Assembly (NCBI RefSeq): GCF_964204645.1
Contig: NW_027437432.1
Location: 62,001-126,000, forward strand
Direction: 5' to 3'
Source: Tubulanus polymorphus
Lineage: Eukaryota; Animalia; Nemertea
Length of the DNA: 64,000 nucleotides
In this document: positions 37,323 through 50,561 of the stretch, piece by piece
Layout of the letters: the number at the start of each line of letters is the position of its first letter
Position numbering within the stretch: position 1 is the stretch's first letter
Position numbers and translations under genes: made by a program
The notes under the pieces: model-generated
The model's input: only the letters and a program-made list of their open reading frames with translations
The model's database searches: none
What the model was told of the DNA's origin: nothing

Positions 37323-38040
37323 ACTTGTCGCCTGACCAATTCTGTGCCACCCGCATTCACAGTCAGGAATACCTGAGACCGGCAACCAGTCTACAGTCAC
37401 CCTTTATATCTCCAGTCCTCATTTCTTGGAATTGTTAATGACCCGTCCATGCTGCTGTCTCGCTTTGCGTGAGGTAAGGATCTTGCTTATCAATGGATCG
37501 ATGACGATTAACGGAATATTGGAGATGATTATCATGCCATAAAACGAGACCATTGAAGAGAGACCCCGGGTTCTATTTCGCGGTAAAATAAGTGTTTAAT
37601 TGAACTGTCCCTGTCACGTATAACAGAGTATAGAAAGCATGCGCCAGTAGCTGATTTTTACACTGGTCTACTTCCCGATAATTGACTATATTAGACTCAT
37701 TTTGTAATACATTTTGTAATTCACATTGAAATGCATAATAAATACATTAATATGCTTCAAATTAAAATTCATAATACACATCTGATGAATATGCAGAATA
37801 TAAAAAGATTAATCGCCTGATTGTTTCAGTAGGGACTGACGCCGATCGGATGCCGGGACCACGGCGATTTTCCGAGGAGTTACCGGGCCAATCGTGGCCG
37901 TGATGAGGTTGGGGCTCAGAACGACTGATTCTCCGGTAAGTAATTTTTCATTATTCTATATTTGTAAACCTGTTGCCATCTCCGGGAATATCCCGATTCA
38001 AATTGACTCGGATTAAGTTGTTTCAGTTGTGTTTTAAAGC

Positions 38041-38195
38041 GCGGAATCCGGCCCGCAAATCGGTAAATAGTTTGTCTAGTACGGCCGTTCGAAGACTCTG
38101 GGAAGCGAGTATCATGTTAGTTCGCATTTTACCCGCTATTGTCTAACATAGGGGCAGCACTAGACGGTCGATACGTGGCTCGCTATTGTTTTAAC
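38041..38195. mobile_element. MITE family A partial copy
   Basis: GCGGAATCCGGCCCGCAAATCGGTAAATAG...CATAGGGGCAGCACTAGACGGTCGA matches 23015-23145. Confidence 0.7.
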
Positions 38196-38545
38196 GAGTT
38201 AATTAATTAAATTCTTGTTTGAACAATGACTTAGAAACCTTTTTTGTATTTCGGTTAAAGAGTACACGCGTTGTGGTCCTCTAAATTTTGACGTTTTCTT
38301 GTGAAAATGATCATCCTCACCATGGGTCCAAAAATTAACTTAAAACTAAAGTTTAATTTAAGTAAAAATCATATAATTTCATCGTAAAACATTCACATAA
38401 ACAATTAATAATTTATTATCACTATCAAATAGGAGTTAGGAATATTTACAAACATGTGATGATCAGAAATGAGTAAGGGTTACATTTAGGAAGAGTTATT
38501 ACATCATCAGTACGAAGTGTTTACTGTTAGTATCAGTAACGTATA

Positions 38546-41500
38546 TTACAGTTCTGGATGTTGATGAGGAGGAGGCAGTTTATCTCGATCTGCCAGTTTC
38601 ATCAATTCCAAATAAAAATTCATCGTTTCCTCGAAATTCTCGATCGACATGCGTTCGTTTTTACCATGGAAACGATTCTCATCGCCGCGGTACAAATAGG
38701 TCGGAGTGAACCGATAGATATTACTGGTGAATTCCATGAAGTGTTCAGAATCTGTGTTTCCTACCAGTATTCCTGTAAACAGATTTCAAAAGCCTCAAGA
38801 AGTGAATTGTGAGTCAGTCAGTGAAGTTATAACCCCTTCAAACAAACCTGGAATAACGAAGACATTTTTCTTGTGGAATATTTGATGGATGCTGCTTTTA
38901 ACAGTTTGAAAACCGAATGATTGTTCATCACACGGTGAAACAGGAAACGGTCCGCGACTCCAGTCGGACATCTTTTCTATCTTCACGCGTTCATCATTTA
39001 TTATTGATTTATCGAATTCTAAAACCTGTAAAAAAACAGACAGCAAAATTAAACAGGTTTTTTGTGAAACTGGGCGGAGACTGGCGACATATTCTGTAGT
39101 TTCACCTCTTCAAGTGTCTGTGAAGGATGAACTCTATGATTCACTATAGCAGACGCCTTCGATGCTAAAACATTCACCTGAAAAAACATGCGTCACATTT
39201 CATCATCGACAGGAAACTCGTTCGTAATATTTAAAATCTAAAGTGAAGATGGTTACTTTAGTTCCCGCGTGAAACATTGTTACTGCCGTTGTGGTTCTTA
39301 TCTGTGCATTACCCGCTTGGATACCTGACATTTTCCTGAAAATTTGTACAATAGATCCGTCAGTCTGAATACCAGACGTTGTTTTTGTCCCCTACAACTA
39401 CTAGAGTTAACAGCAGTCCGAGCTGTTACTGACACTCACCAGGACAATAATGGTTTAAACAGCCATAGATTAGACATAACAACAGCACCGAGAAAATTCA
39501 TCTGTAAAAATAACCGTGACAACAGTTTGAGACAATGAGTGAGACATGTGGGGAGTGAATCTATTTATAGAGAACCTGTGAAGCAAGACTTTCAAACGTC
39601 TGTTTCTCAACGCTGAAACCAATTCTACTCGGATGTGGGTTCGATTCTAATCTATTAATATATGAAATGATATTAGAGACTGAATAGAGAATATAATTAG
39701 AGGTGTTTTTAGATTTGAACGGTGACCTGTTGATAGCAGCCGCTAATATTCCAATACCAGTTTCACGAGGAGGCATCGACGAGTGACCTCCGGCAGTTGT
39801 TACCGATAGATTTAAAGTGAGCATACCCTTCTCTGTAACTCCAACACTAAACAACAATAAACTCATTTCATACAACGTTTATAACAGGACTAGTCGACTG
39901 ACTGCATGCTTGCTATAGACTGGATACTTACATCGCAACAGGGCGTTTAATACCAGGCATTATTCCATCTGTTACCATCATTCCTTCATCCAGTAAAAAT
40001 TCTAGTTTGACGCCTTGTGATTTAAACAGTCGTGCAATATTAGCAGCTCCGTGATGACCTCCGACCTGATATATCAAACAAACTCACGTTATCTCACAGA
40101 CCTCTGCGGGCTCGTCCATCACAGGGTCAATTAACATAGAACTGTGAAACTGGGTCTTAAACAGTGGAACTGGATCCAGAACTGTGGAACTGGACCCTGA
40201 ACTGTGGAACTGGACCCTGAACTGTGGAACTGGACCCTGAACTGTAGAACTGGATCCAGAACAGTGGAACTAGATCCAGAACTGTGGAACTGGATCCTGA
40301 ACTGTAGAACTGGACCCTGAACGGTAGAACTGGATCCAGAACAGTCGAACTGGATCCAGAACTGTGGAACCGGATCCAGAACTGTGGAACTGGATCCAGA
40401 ACTGTGGAACTGGATCCTGAACTGTGGAACTGAGTCCAGAACTGTGGAACTGGACCCTGAACGGTAGAACTGGATCCAGAACAGTCGAACTGGATCCAGA
40501 ACTGTAGAACTGGATCCAGAACTGTAGAACTGGATCCAGAACAGTGGAACTGGATCCAGAACTGTGGAACTAGATCCAGAACAGTGGAACTGGATCCAGA
40601 ACTGTGGAACTGGACCCTGAACTGTAGAACTGGATCCTTGATATTTATTGGCAAATATATGACTATAGAAATGTAGAATATACATGTATATAGAATTGTG
40701 TGAGATACCTCTTCATCGTGTCCAAAACCGATATAAAAACTTCTAACAGGTAAATCACCATTTATCAAACGATGTTCAAGAGCTTCGAGAACCCCCTGAA
40801 AATATAAACATCATTATTCACAAAACTGCAAGTTCAGCAAACAGGATGAACTCAGATATTTACTTACAATGACAGTATTTTTATTGTCGATAGTTCCACG
40901 GCCGTAGATAAACTCATTGTTAACTATTTTGCCTTCGAAAGCGGGTTCATTCCACTCATCGCTCTGAGCCGGCACGACATCCAGGTGTCCGTACAACATA
41001 TACGGCTTCAAACGTTGATTACTACCAGTTACTTTATATAGTAAACTATAATTGTGTATGACCTGCCACTCAACAATCTGAGAACTGTGAATAGTCGGGT
41101 AACCTGAAACATACAGTTCAAACTATCCATCTAATTCACTTTTTAATTCCAGAAAAGCAGTTTGGTACTAGAAAGGGGGGGGGGGGTTATTCATAACAGA
41201 TCATGAAAGTAAACCACAGTTAACTGGGACGAGGGCCCGAGTCTAAACGGATGCCCTTCCATCCTCACACTCATTCACAGGCTACATTCATAACGGCTTG
41301 TACTTTTTCGAATCTACAAGTGACTCCACACAATTTCACACGTACTTTTTTCAATAAATTTAATGAATTTAAGAATTTCTTCTTTCTCCTGTCGAGTTGT
41401 TGTCCACGAGATCGTCTTGAATTTCAAAGCTTCAGAGAAATGATGGATTTTTGTTCGATCGGCTTCGATTTCTAAAGGTTTATCTCTGATTGATGATGTC

Positions 41501-41631
41501 ACAATATTCGGTTTAGAAATAATAGAAATCGTTCTCGAGATTATAATAAATAATATCACAAACGCAATGAGACATGACACTAATGTTAAACGCCGCAAAA
41601 ATGACGAAGAAATGTTGATAAATTTTGCCAT
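38546..41631 (-). CDS. PM20D1: Peptidase M20 domain protein 1 (N-fatty-acyl amino acid synthase/hydrolase-like), multi-exon
   Basis: N-terminal hydrophobic anchor. M20 motifs GHLDVVP, IYGRGTIDNK, GFGHDEEV-GG, LDEG, GGHSSMPP, GNTDSEHF, RFHGKNER lie across GT-AG exons. Confidence 0.9.
40138..40639. repeat. 20-bp intronic minisatellite (PM20D1)
   Basis: Unit ACTGTGGAACTGGATCCAGA. Confidence 0.95.
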
Positions 41632-41666
41632 TATGACAGTTGACGGCCCGCAATAACAACTACGGA

Positions 41667-42517
41667 CCAGGAGGTGGCGCCCTCTCAACCTGACAATTAA
41701 AATCCAAATTTCCTTTATTTTTCCTCGAAAATCAAATCAATTTCATATTTATTCATTAAATATATGACATGTACAAATATGGATAAAAAGAAAGAAGAAC
41801 TAGAAATTCGCCAATGCATTAGGATGAAGAATCGGATTTTCAAAAGACGCGCTTTCCATGCCAAAAACTTGACAAAATACTTTGGAAAATATATTCATCG
41901 GGAAGGCCGGCGGTGCGCCGCGGGGGGGGGGGGGGGCGGCGTGAAGCGTTCTACTGTCATCTGTGGTAGTTCTTATTCCAAAGACGTAAAAAAGCTTAAG
42001 ATTACTTAGTAATAGTAGATGATATGCTGGATTACTTGAGAGAGTACCGGCACCTGTGAGCCACGCCCGGATCCGGGACGAACCTGGAGCCGCCTCGGCC
42101 TCGTGGGCTAATTAGAAACTTTACTGAGTACGCCTATACAAATTTATGATAAATGATAATGTAAAATTGTGCGAGTTGCCAGATTTTTTAGAATTAGACT
42201 CAATTTCATGTAACTATTATTGAAATCATAATTTCGTATCACCCTGTCGATTTCAGTAGGAAAATAAAGAAATATGTTTTATGAGATTGTGCTTGCGTTA
42301 TTTCAAGTATTAATGTAGTAATTGTACCGCTCCACTGAGTAGACTGTGTCTGTGTAATTGTTCTATTAGCTAATACTTGCCCGAGCAGTTACAGTTAGAC
42401 CGAGTCAATCAGCACAATTACCCGATACTATAAACAAAATCGTTTTTAACAAGTTCATTCATAGTAACTAGACTCAACCAATCAGATCTCTCCGTCTACC
42501 CTGCCACTAGGGGGCAG
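41667..42517. promoter_or_regulatory. PM20D1/ANO10 divergent promoter region with two CTCF-like motifs
   Basis: CCAGGAGGTGGCGC at 41667 and CCACTAGGGGGCAG at 42504. A GTAAGT donor at ~42595 suggests a non-coding first ANO10 exon. Confidence 0.45.
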
Positions 42518-43452
42518 GCGCTGTTATAGAGTTTCGATTCTTGTATCGTGAATAAACACAATATTTTCTGGGATAATTTATTCGCTGATTTTAGGTAAGT
42601 CATGATTCCGCTTCGTACCAGGTACCAGTAACATCAAATAACGGTAAGCTGTAAATATTCTGAAGTCTCTACTTCGAGAATCAATACAGGGTCTAAACAA
42701 CTCTTAAATAAAAACTGATTTTACTGACTTTTAATTCTACTGAATTATATTCAGATACAATAATTCAAAAGAAACAGGTTTTAAAATCTCTCCAATCAAC
42801 GACTCGTCGAGTTCAAGTGTTGTAAGTGATCACTATTAGTCTCCTATATATCTGTTTATATCTGTGCGGCACGGTATGGATAGCGCTGTATTATATATGT
42901 ATGTATAGTTGATAAATAAGTTTAGAAATGCAAGAGGAAGGCGCTCACTCGCTCGCGCTCTCTCTCTCTCTGGCTCTCACATGAAGTAAAAATAGTAATG
43001 TAGATCTACAATGTAGTAACGGGTAGCGGGGTAAGCTGGTAAGCTTATGCATCACCTCGGGTTTGAGGTAAGAGAAAACAAAGTTTGCTTCTAAAACTTT
43101 TAGGGAAGAAATAAGAGTGAAATTTGGTAAATTAGGCCTATAGAATAGAAATCCATGATGGATTATAATATCAACTGTTAAATATATAGCCATGGTTACG
43201 ATTTTGAGTATATTTCAAAAGTTCCATAGAATATTTGGTTGAAATATCGTTCAACTCAGATTTGATATTCGAATAGGTCCAAAGGAAGATAGGGGCCGTG
43301 CCCGTGAGGGGGGCGTTAAAAATCCGTACAAAAGAGTTACAGGGGGAGGGAGGGTTGAGCTCAAAGCGTACATACTTTTCTAAAATACGTTTTATCCTGA
43401 AGGTTTTTTTTCGGTTAAAACTTATTTGTGAAACGTGGTCTTTGCAGATAAA

Positions 43453-46400
43453 ATGGCGGATGATGATCAGATAGTGAATTTTCGACCAATGGTAATCATT
43501 GAATTCTCGTCGACTGTTAATGAGGATACGGTACAGTGGCTCGTTAATAGAATTACATCTCCAAAAACTGAGGATGGAGCAGAATTACTGGCTCGAATAC
43601 AGAGAAATACTGATGAGTCTAATAGCTCTGTGAGTATATACAAGATTAGTACAGGGATCAGTTGTAAAGGCTTGACTTGGATTTAAGACCATTTTAAGAC
43701 CTTCTAGGGAAAAATTTAAAACAGTCTTCAGACCAGATTTCGGACCAATTTTGGACCAAGTCACAACTGCGTAATTGGGCCCTGGTTTCACTTATGCCTG
43801 AATGTTAACACTACGTACATTATAGAGACCCCTATTTGAAAAAATGTTCAACTCTAAAATCGAATTAATTACATCGTAAATCAAGTTTTATCTTAAATCG
43901 ATTAATGTTCCACCATGTTCCACTTATATTCCACCATGTTCCACTTATCAAACCGATATTGATACTGTAATGTTTAATAGGGAGACGGGACGATATTACA
44001 GATCGGTGCTACGACAGATCAGCTGATCGATGCTACAGAACTAACAGGCATCAGAAAACGAACTAAATATGGAACAATCAAAGAGTTCCGAATGGATGAC
44101 GTAGATGATTTTGAGAATACAGGTTTAAACTTAACCCTATATACAGTGAAAATTAGATTCGACGATTCGTATAAATTTTGAACGAATTTATTTGATATTT
44201 CAGAAGATCTTGATGCATTTTTGATGCCTTCGGAAAAACAGCGTTTAATCCGTGGTAGTTTAGATAATCTGAGAGCCTTAGCTTCTGAGTGTAGAATAGT
44301 AGGTGTCAGTAATGAGATGAGATTATACCCGGGACAACCTATAGGTAAATCATAATAGAATACTGACAGTCTAAAAACAAAACACGATTTATATATTTGT
44401 AATTTAATTGCAGTTAAAAGAATGATGAAAGAGAAATTGATCGTTCAAATGTTTCCGCTTCATGATCGACCAGATTTAAAACGACTCGAGTTTGAGTGGT
44501 ACGCGGCTGCCTTCTGGAAAACTGAACCTATCGGTAAGAGAGAGAGAGACCACGTGACGCATCTTCATTCTTGATCAATACATTGTATTATTCAAAGGCT
44601 GTTCTTACTTTTAAAAATATAGATATTAATGATTTTTGACTGATTTCACTGCGAAAACCAACCCTACAAAAGCCAGGATTTGAACCCGGACCTCTCCCTC
44701 CCTTGCCAGTCCTCTGTCCTAACCAACAGACCACTGAGTGACTGACTCAGTTCAATGGTCAGTGGTTACTGTTTTATCATTAGAATAGAATTATTAGAAT
44801 AATTATTGGAATAATTATCTGGTTTTTCCGATTCTACTCTATTAATTACTTTCGCAACCAGAATATCCTTACATTTTATGGAATGTATTCAGTTAGGGAA
44901 TAACTGAAAATTTCCTCCCTGCTTTCTGGTGTAAGCAAACTGTTACGAATTTTGCCGCACAAAATTCCTAAAGGTGCGTTTTATCCATTCGAGATTGATG
45001 TCGTTTATGAATCAATGGGTTTAAAATTTGAATCGCTTCTTTTCTGAATTTATCATTTGTTGCGCAATACACGATAAAATTTACTGACGAATCGATGATA
45101 GAAAATCCTAACGATATTTGTCTCAAGCCTGGAACGTTAGGGATACCACGTCGTCCGAAACCCATTAAACGGTCGATAAAACCAAACCCTTCACAAATAA
45201 TAAACAATAAAACTACAGATAAAACCATCCTTAAAACCCTCATTTCCCTTCTGGACGATTCATCAGTTACACCGAGCTGTGAACGTCGAGTAACCCGACG
45301 ATAAAATGTCACCGAAATAAGAATTATATTGATGAAAATCAAAATACAAATTGGGAAAATAGCAGTTAGATACAGAAATAGAGATTTCTGTGATATCTCC
45401 ACTCGCCAGTTGCTCAGCCATTTATGAAGCGAAATAAAAGCATATTTTCTAGCACGCATCATGATATACGGCCAATGTGGGGAACATTTCATGAATCCCA
45501 ATTGACTATTGGGTATAAATTGAATAAAATGACCACAAAAACTCAACAGTGAAATAAACGCCATCGCCCAAACTGATATCAACTTCTTGGGAAATTTACG
45601 AGATTTTATAGGAAACAATACGACGATTAACCGCTCTATACTGAGCAGTACAGTGCACCAGTTACGTGTCATCTGAAACATGTAGAAAAACGGCTTGGCG
45701 AATGTGATAAAAATCCAACCGAAATACCAATCGTTCTTGCGAAACAAAATATCACCCAAAACGGCGTAAATGTACGCAGTTCTCAGCGGATACAGAATGA
45801 ATGTAGCGATCATAAACAAAAGATCGTTTAAAGCGAGAATTTTGATGAGAAAATAAACATCAGATTTGAATCGTTTTAGAACAAACAACGTGAATGCGTT
45901 GAATGTTATACCCAGTACTGACCCCGGTAGATACCAGCCTAGATAGGTAAAAACGGTGAATTTGTAAAACCATTTAATAGGACGAGTTTGAAGTCTCTGA
46001 CACAGGTTGAGTCGAGGTGTCGTCAATGTAACACTTGTACTGGTAATGTTGTAATCAAACATCTCACAATCTCTGTAGAAACGGTTCAACTATTCGATTT
46101 TCCTATTGTGTTAAATTTGAATGAATTCATCAGTAAAACTTTCAGTGAATGAGACGTAAATTAAATCTAGAAATATTCTCTTCGTGTTAATATAAACTGC
46201 TTCCATTCACTACTGATGAAATAAGTTGCGGAACGTGTGCATAAATTCAACTACATTCATATATTTATAAAGGAGAGGTTTTCAATGATCACGATTGGTA
46301 GAACACAATATCCGTGTTGACGCGATGTAGAGAGAATCCCACAATTATAACGAAAAAGTCCGAAAATGAAACTTCGAGATAGTAGTTTATTTCAACGTTT

Positions 46401-49400
46401 CGACTATATCCTAATAGTCATCTTCAGTTTTCAATGGATTTATTTTGCCAGAGAATTTCATATTTTCCAAATGAAAAACTGTTGATTTGAGGTTCTCTAA
46501 AAGTTTCTACGTCACAAAAAACAGTGATCGAATTTTATTTTCCGTGTTTTTGTGTTATTTCTCAAGGTTATAATATAATAATGAAATATAACATATCGGG
46601 TTTATCTCTACTAGGAATAAAACTATATTCTAGTCACTGTCGCTGTTTCATCGTGAAATTCTCGTGTACAGAACTGAGCCCCACACAGCAGTCATCACAA
46701 TAACATGGAGACCTTTTGTCGTACAGGCCACAAACTGGTTTGTACCAGAACAATCCAAAACTGACCTATTTGGTCAATCTATAGATTGCGCATGAGTGGT
46801 CTGTGTAAGGATTATTCCGGCTCGTATTGAGTATGATCTACCAGAGACCAGGGTCGCATAAAGTGATATTAGAATATCACAGAGGTGCCACGACCATAGT
46901 TTTGTTCCCATGTTTTAGCTGAAAATGCTGTCGGATTTTTTGGCGAACTATATATATATATATAGGTAATACTAAATCAACTGCACATTTATCTGCAGGG
47001 CAAATATACTATAGAATCATCACATGTATATAAACATGTAATGTTTTGTAGTTTGACACAATTCACTATGATGAACACAGGATTGAATCCAGTTAAAAAT
47101 TAGAAAATAGATAATGATTCTTAAATTCACTAAAAACTGTTTATATACATGTGATTCTATAGTATATTTGCCCTGCAGATAATTGTGCAGTTGATTTAGT
47201 ATTTCACTAATACACAGAACAGGCGTTTAGGGTGTTTTCAGGGAACGGGCGAATTTCCAATGTTATATAATGTGTGTTTGATGTTGTTGTATTTTGTAGA
47301 GAAAGTCCACCGTTATCTGGGCCAAACAGTCGCTATGTATTTCGCGTTTTTACACCACTACACGATGGCTCTGATGCCTCCAGCTCTCATCGCTTTCCTC
47401 TACATCCTGTTTAACATCGATACAGTTTATAATCAGGCTTTCTTCTCCGTGTTCAACATGATCTGGGTGACTTTATTCCTTGAGAAATGGAAGCGGAAGA
47501 GTTCCGAGTACGCCTATAGGTGGGGTACCATCAATATGATAGAATGGGAGCAACCTCGGGCCGAGTACCACGGCGAAATGGGAGTCAATGACGTCACTGG
47601 CGAAAAGGAACCGATCTATTCGACAACTAAACGGACGTTTAGATTCTACTGCGTCTCACTTCCGGTGATATGTATCTGTTTGACTGCGGCTGTCGTCGTG
47701 TTTTTAATCTATGATTATTTCTATGTAATGTTAAGAGTGATTAGTGAACAGAGTAAGGATGATCTCGTCTGGTGTACGATTATGCCGCTATTGCCGTCAG
47801 CTATCTACGGTTTCGCTATAGCTCTGATGAATCAGGCTTATAGACCTATTGCGGTAACACTCAATGACTGGGGTAAGATCGCAAATACATTGAACCAAAA
47901 ATAACTATACCATTCACCAGATCTAGAGAAAACTGTCCTCATTTCCTGGATGTGGCCCCGATATACAGAACCCCCCCTCCCCCCCCCCCGAGCCAGTTAA
48001 ACTGTCATGACTTTCAAGATTTAAAACCAGTCTAAATAAGACCATCTAAATTCTGTAGCCAATTTAACAAACTTATGGCTAGCTTTAGTCCACAATCAAA
48101 AATGTTTAAAAAAGTTAATTTTCTTTCTATTTCAGAAAATTATCGTTTACAATCCTCTTACGACAATCAACTCATTATTAAACTAGTCATGGTACGTATT
48201 TCCGTTTCCGGTCGCCATTTTGTTGGTGCATGTATTTCATATAAATCAACTTCCGTCGATAAAATAAATCTTTATTTTTAAATGAGTATAAAATAGTTTT
48301 CGGGATTAAAATCGACTCAATTCAAGTTGTGTATATTGATAAATGTTTTGTTACAGTTTGATTCTGTGAATAGCTTTGTATCATTATTCCATATCGCATT
48401 CATTAAACAAGATCTTAATCAGCTTAGAACGGTAGGTGGCGCTCTACGAGTTCTAGTTTTCAAAATGAGGGTCTAAATGTGTCCAAAAGAGGGCGTTAGT
48501 AAATTAAACGTTAATTATCACTTACAGACTTTGGCCGCTTTACTGATCACTTACCAGATTCTGGGTCAGATACAGGAAGTCGTCATACCTTACATACAAC
48601 AGCGCCTTCAGAGTAAACTCATCGATAAGATGACGACAGTTCGTGAACCGGACCGTGAAGGGTTAGCTCGACTGAAAAAACTGTGCGACTATCGACAATG
48701 GTTGGATATCGGGAAGGGTTTTATCACTGATGAAGAGGAGGATGGAAAACAGATCGACCTCGAGCGACACCTACCGTGTTCACAGGTACTAAATATCATA
48801 AATTCGTATTCAAATACTTCTCTGGCTCCTAGATTCAGCTGATCAGTTTGTGAGTTAAGATTAGCGATTCATTTCCGCATTGATCTCTTCTCGTCTGACG
48901 CAGTCGTTTTCTAGCGGAATAGTTCTGATAGAAGCGACCGATAGACATCTCAACCAGAACACGTCCATACAGAAACCTGCTCGACTCAGAAATCAAACCT
49001 GAAACTTGCGTCTATTTTTTCCACATATTTCCAACATGTGAATATTAATAAACTGATTGATTGTTGATATTGTAGGGAGTAATCGAAGACTACACTGAAA
49101 TGTTTATCCAGTTCGGTTACGTGTTTTTATTCTCATCTGTTTTTCCGCCTGCCGCGATCTGGGCGTTTTTAAACAACATCACAGAAATAAAAACGGACGC
49201 CTTCAAATTCTGCCGCACGTTTCAAAGACCGTTTGCAAAACCGACGGCAGGAATCGGAGCTTGGTTGGTAAGACAAACAGTTATACCTGTCATTGGGTGG
49301 AGTTCCACCGAGTTAGGGTGGAGTTCCACCGAGTTATGAATTTATCTTTATCACAGTAAGTAATGATGTATATTTTGTCGTATAGATGGCGTTTGAGACG

Positions 49401-50561
49401 ATTGGTATAATAGCTGTGATGACGAACTGCGCTCTGATAGCGCTGTCTCCGTATGTGAAAGAGAATATGGCTCATTACGGTCCTATAAATGTCATATTCA
49501 TATTCGTAGCCGCTGAGGTGAGAAAACGTGCGCAGGTTTCAGGACCCAGTGTTCAAAATTTTGAAAATAATCTTATTTTCTATGAGTCTTGACTTAGGTT
49601 AAAAATAGTCCGAATTCTTTTAACTGGTCTTAAGTTATTAGATTGGCGATAGAATTACAATTACAATTGGTACAACTGGGTCCTGAACTTTTCAAACCCA
49701 TCAATTAACAATAGTTTGTGGAGTTAATAGAAACCATTCTACACAATGACACATTGTGATAATTGATTGATCACGTTCGCTTTAACAACAATCTCACTAT
49801 TTATATGAATTCTCTACGTGTTTCAATCGTAAGATTAATTACATATTTCATCAGTTTCCAAGAATATTGTATGTAATCACGTGATGTTGGTTCACGTAGG
49901 TTTAAGGGCTATTGAGAGTTTAATTAATTCTTTCGGAAAAGATTTTTTTACTTGAAAAATGTTTTCTATTTCAGCATGTGATTTTATTGACAAAGTTTGT
50001 GTTAGCGGTAGCGATACCTGACGTACCGGACTGGGTGCAGACAGCGTTGAAGAGACAACAGTACAATGCCGACCAGTCGTTCAAAAAACTCGTAAATATC
50101 AATAATAAATTAATTATACACCTTCATATAAAACATTTATAACGCAGATCAACAGTTCGTGTCGAATTAGATTCGGTTTCTGTTTTTATTCCATATTTTG
50201 TTCTTAGATTGTATATAGGTATTAGATTGATAGTTAGATGCCTTTAAGAGTCTCGGCCTGTGCCGGTTACACTCGAAGTGGAATAGTATTTGACTACTTC
50301 ATAAATATAATAGCGCTCACTATTGAAATAACATTAAGTCAACTATGAGCACTGCCCCCTAGTGTCCGGTTCCACATTGAGATGGAGCCGCCCGTGGTTC
50401 TGTGATTCCAAGATGGAGCCGCCCGTGGTTCTGTGATTCCGGGGTTTGTTTCCCCAAATGACGAGTTTATCATTTATTTTCAGACTTCCGTTAATTCTTT
50501 GAGACGTCGTTTGACCACAAAACTAAAACAAAAACCACCAAAACATGAAACGACGTTGTAG
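43453..50561 (+). CDS. ANO10: Anoctamin-10 (TMEM16K) lipid scramblase/channel, multi-exon
   Basis: ANO10-type N-terminus FRPMVIIEF...WLVNRI...GAELL. Motifs FPLHD, YLGQTVAMYFAFL, FLEKWKRK, NDWENYRLQSSYDNQLIIK, EMFIQFGYVFLFS, NNITEIKTDAFK, IPDVPDWV. TAG at 50559-50561. Confidence 0.92.
44672..44739 (-). pseudogene. Second tRNA-derived copy of the same family, in an ANO10 intron
   Basis: CTCAGTGGTCTGTTGGTTAGGACAGAGGACTGGC...GGGTTCAAATCC. It shares the flanking AATGGTCAGTGGT motif with the 63.5 kb copy. Confidence 0.55.
44968..46062 (-). CDS. Intronless rhodopsin-class GPCR, FMRFamide-receptor-like/orphan, nested antisense in an ANO10 intron
   Basis: 364 aa from the first ATG at 46062; the TTG at 46089 is preceded by an in-frame stop. 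Seven hydrophobic segments, N-terminal NIT sequon, LALND (TM2), SIERL (DRY-equivalent) and SSVNFIVY...KFR (TM7/helix 8). Confidence 0.88.
   Translation of the reverse strand: MFDYNITSTSVTLTTPRLNLCQRLQTRPIKWFYKFTVFTYLGWYLPGSVLGITFNAFTLFVLKRFKSDVYFLIKILALNDLLFMIATFILYPLRTAYIYAVLGDILFRKNDWYFGWIFITFAKPFFYMFQMTRNWCTVLLSIERLIVVLFPIKSRKFPKKLISVWAMAFISLLSFCGHFIQFIPNSQLGFMKCSPHWPYIMMRARKYAFISLHKWLSNWRVEISQKSLFLYLTAIFPICILIFINIILISVTFYRRVTRRSQLGVTDESSRREMRVLRMVLSVVLLFIICEGFGFIDRLMGFGRRGIPNVPGLRQISLGFSIIDSSVNFIVYCATNDKFRKEAIQILNPLIHKRHQSRMDKTHL
46963..47209. mobile_element. MITE with ~70-bp TIRs next to a (TA)n tract in an ANO10 intron
   Basis: AATACTAAATCAACTGCACA...TATCTGCAGGGCAAATATACTATAGAATCA...ACATGTATATAAACA is mirrored at 47137-47203. 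Confidence 0.8.

Noticed and set aside
41632-41688. Extended PM20D1 N-terminus in the ORF track
   Set aside because: It starts at TTG; the first ATG is at 41631.
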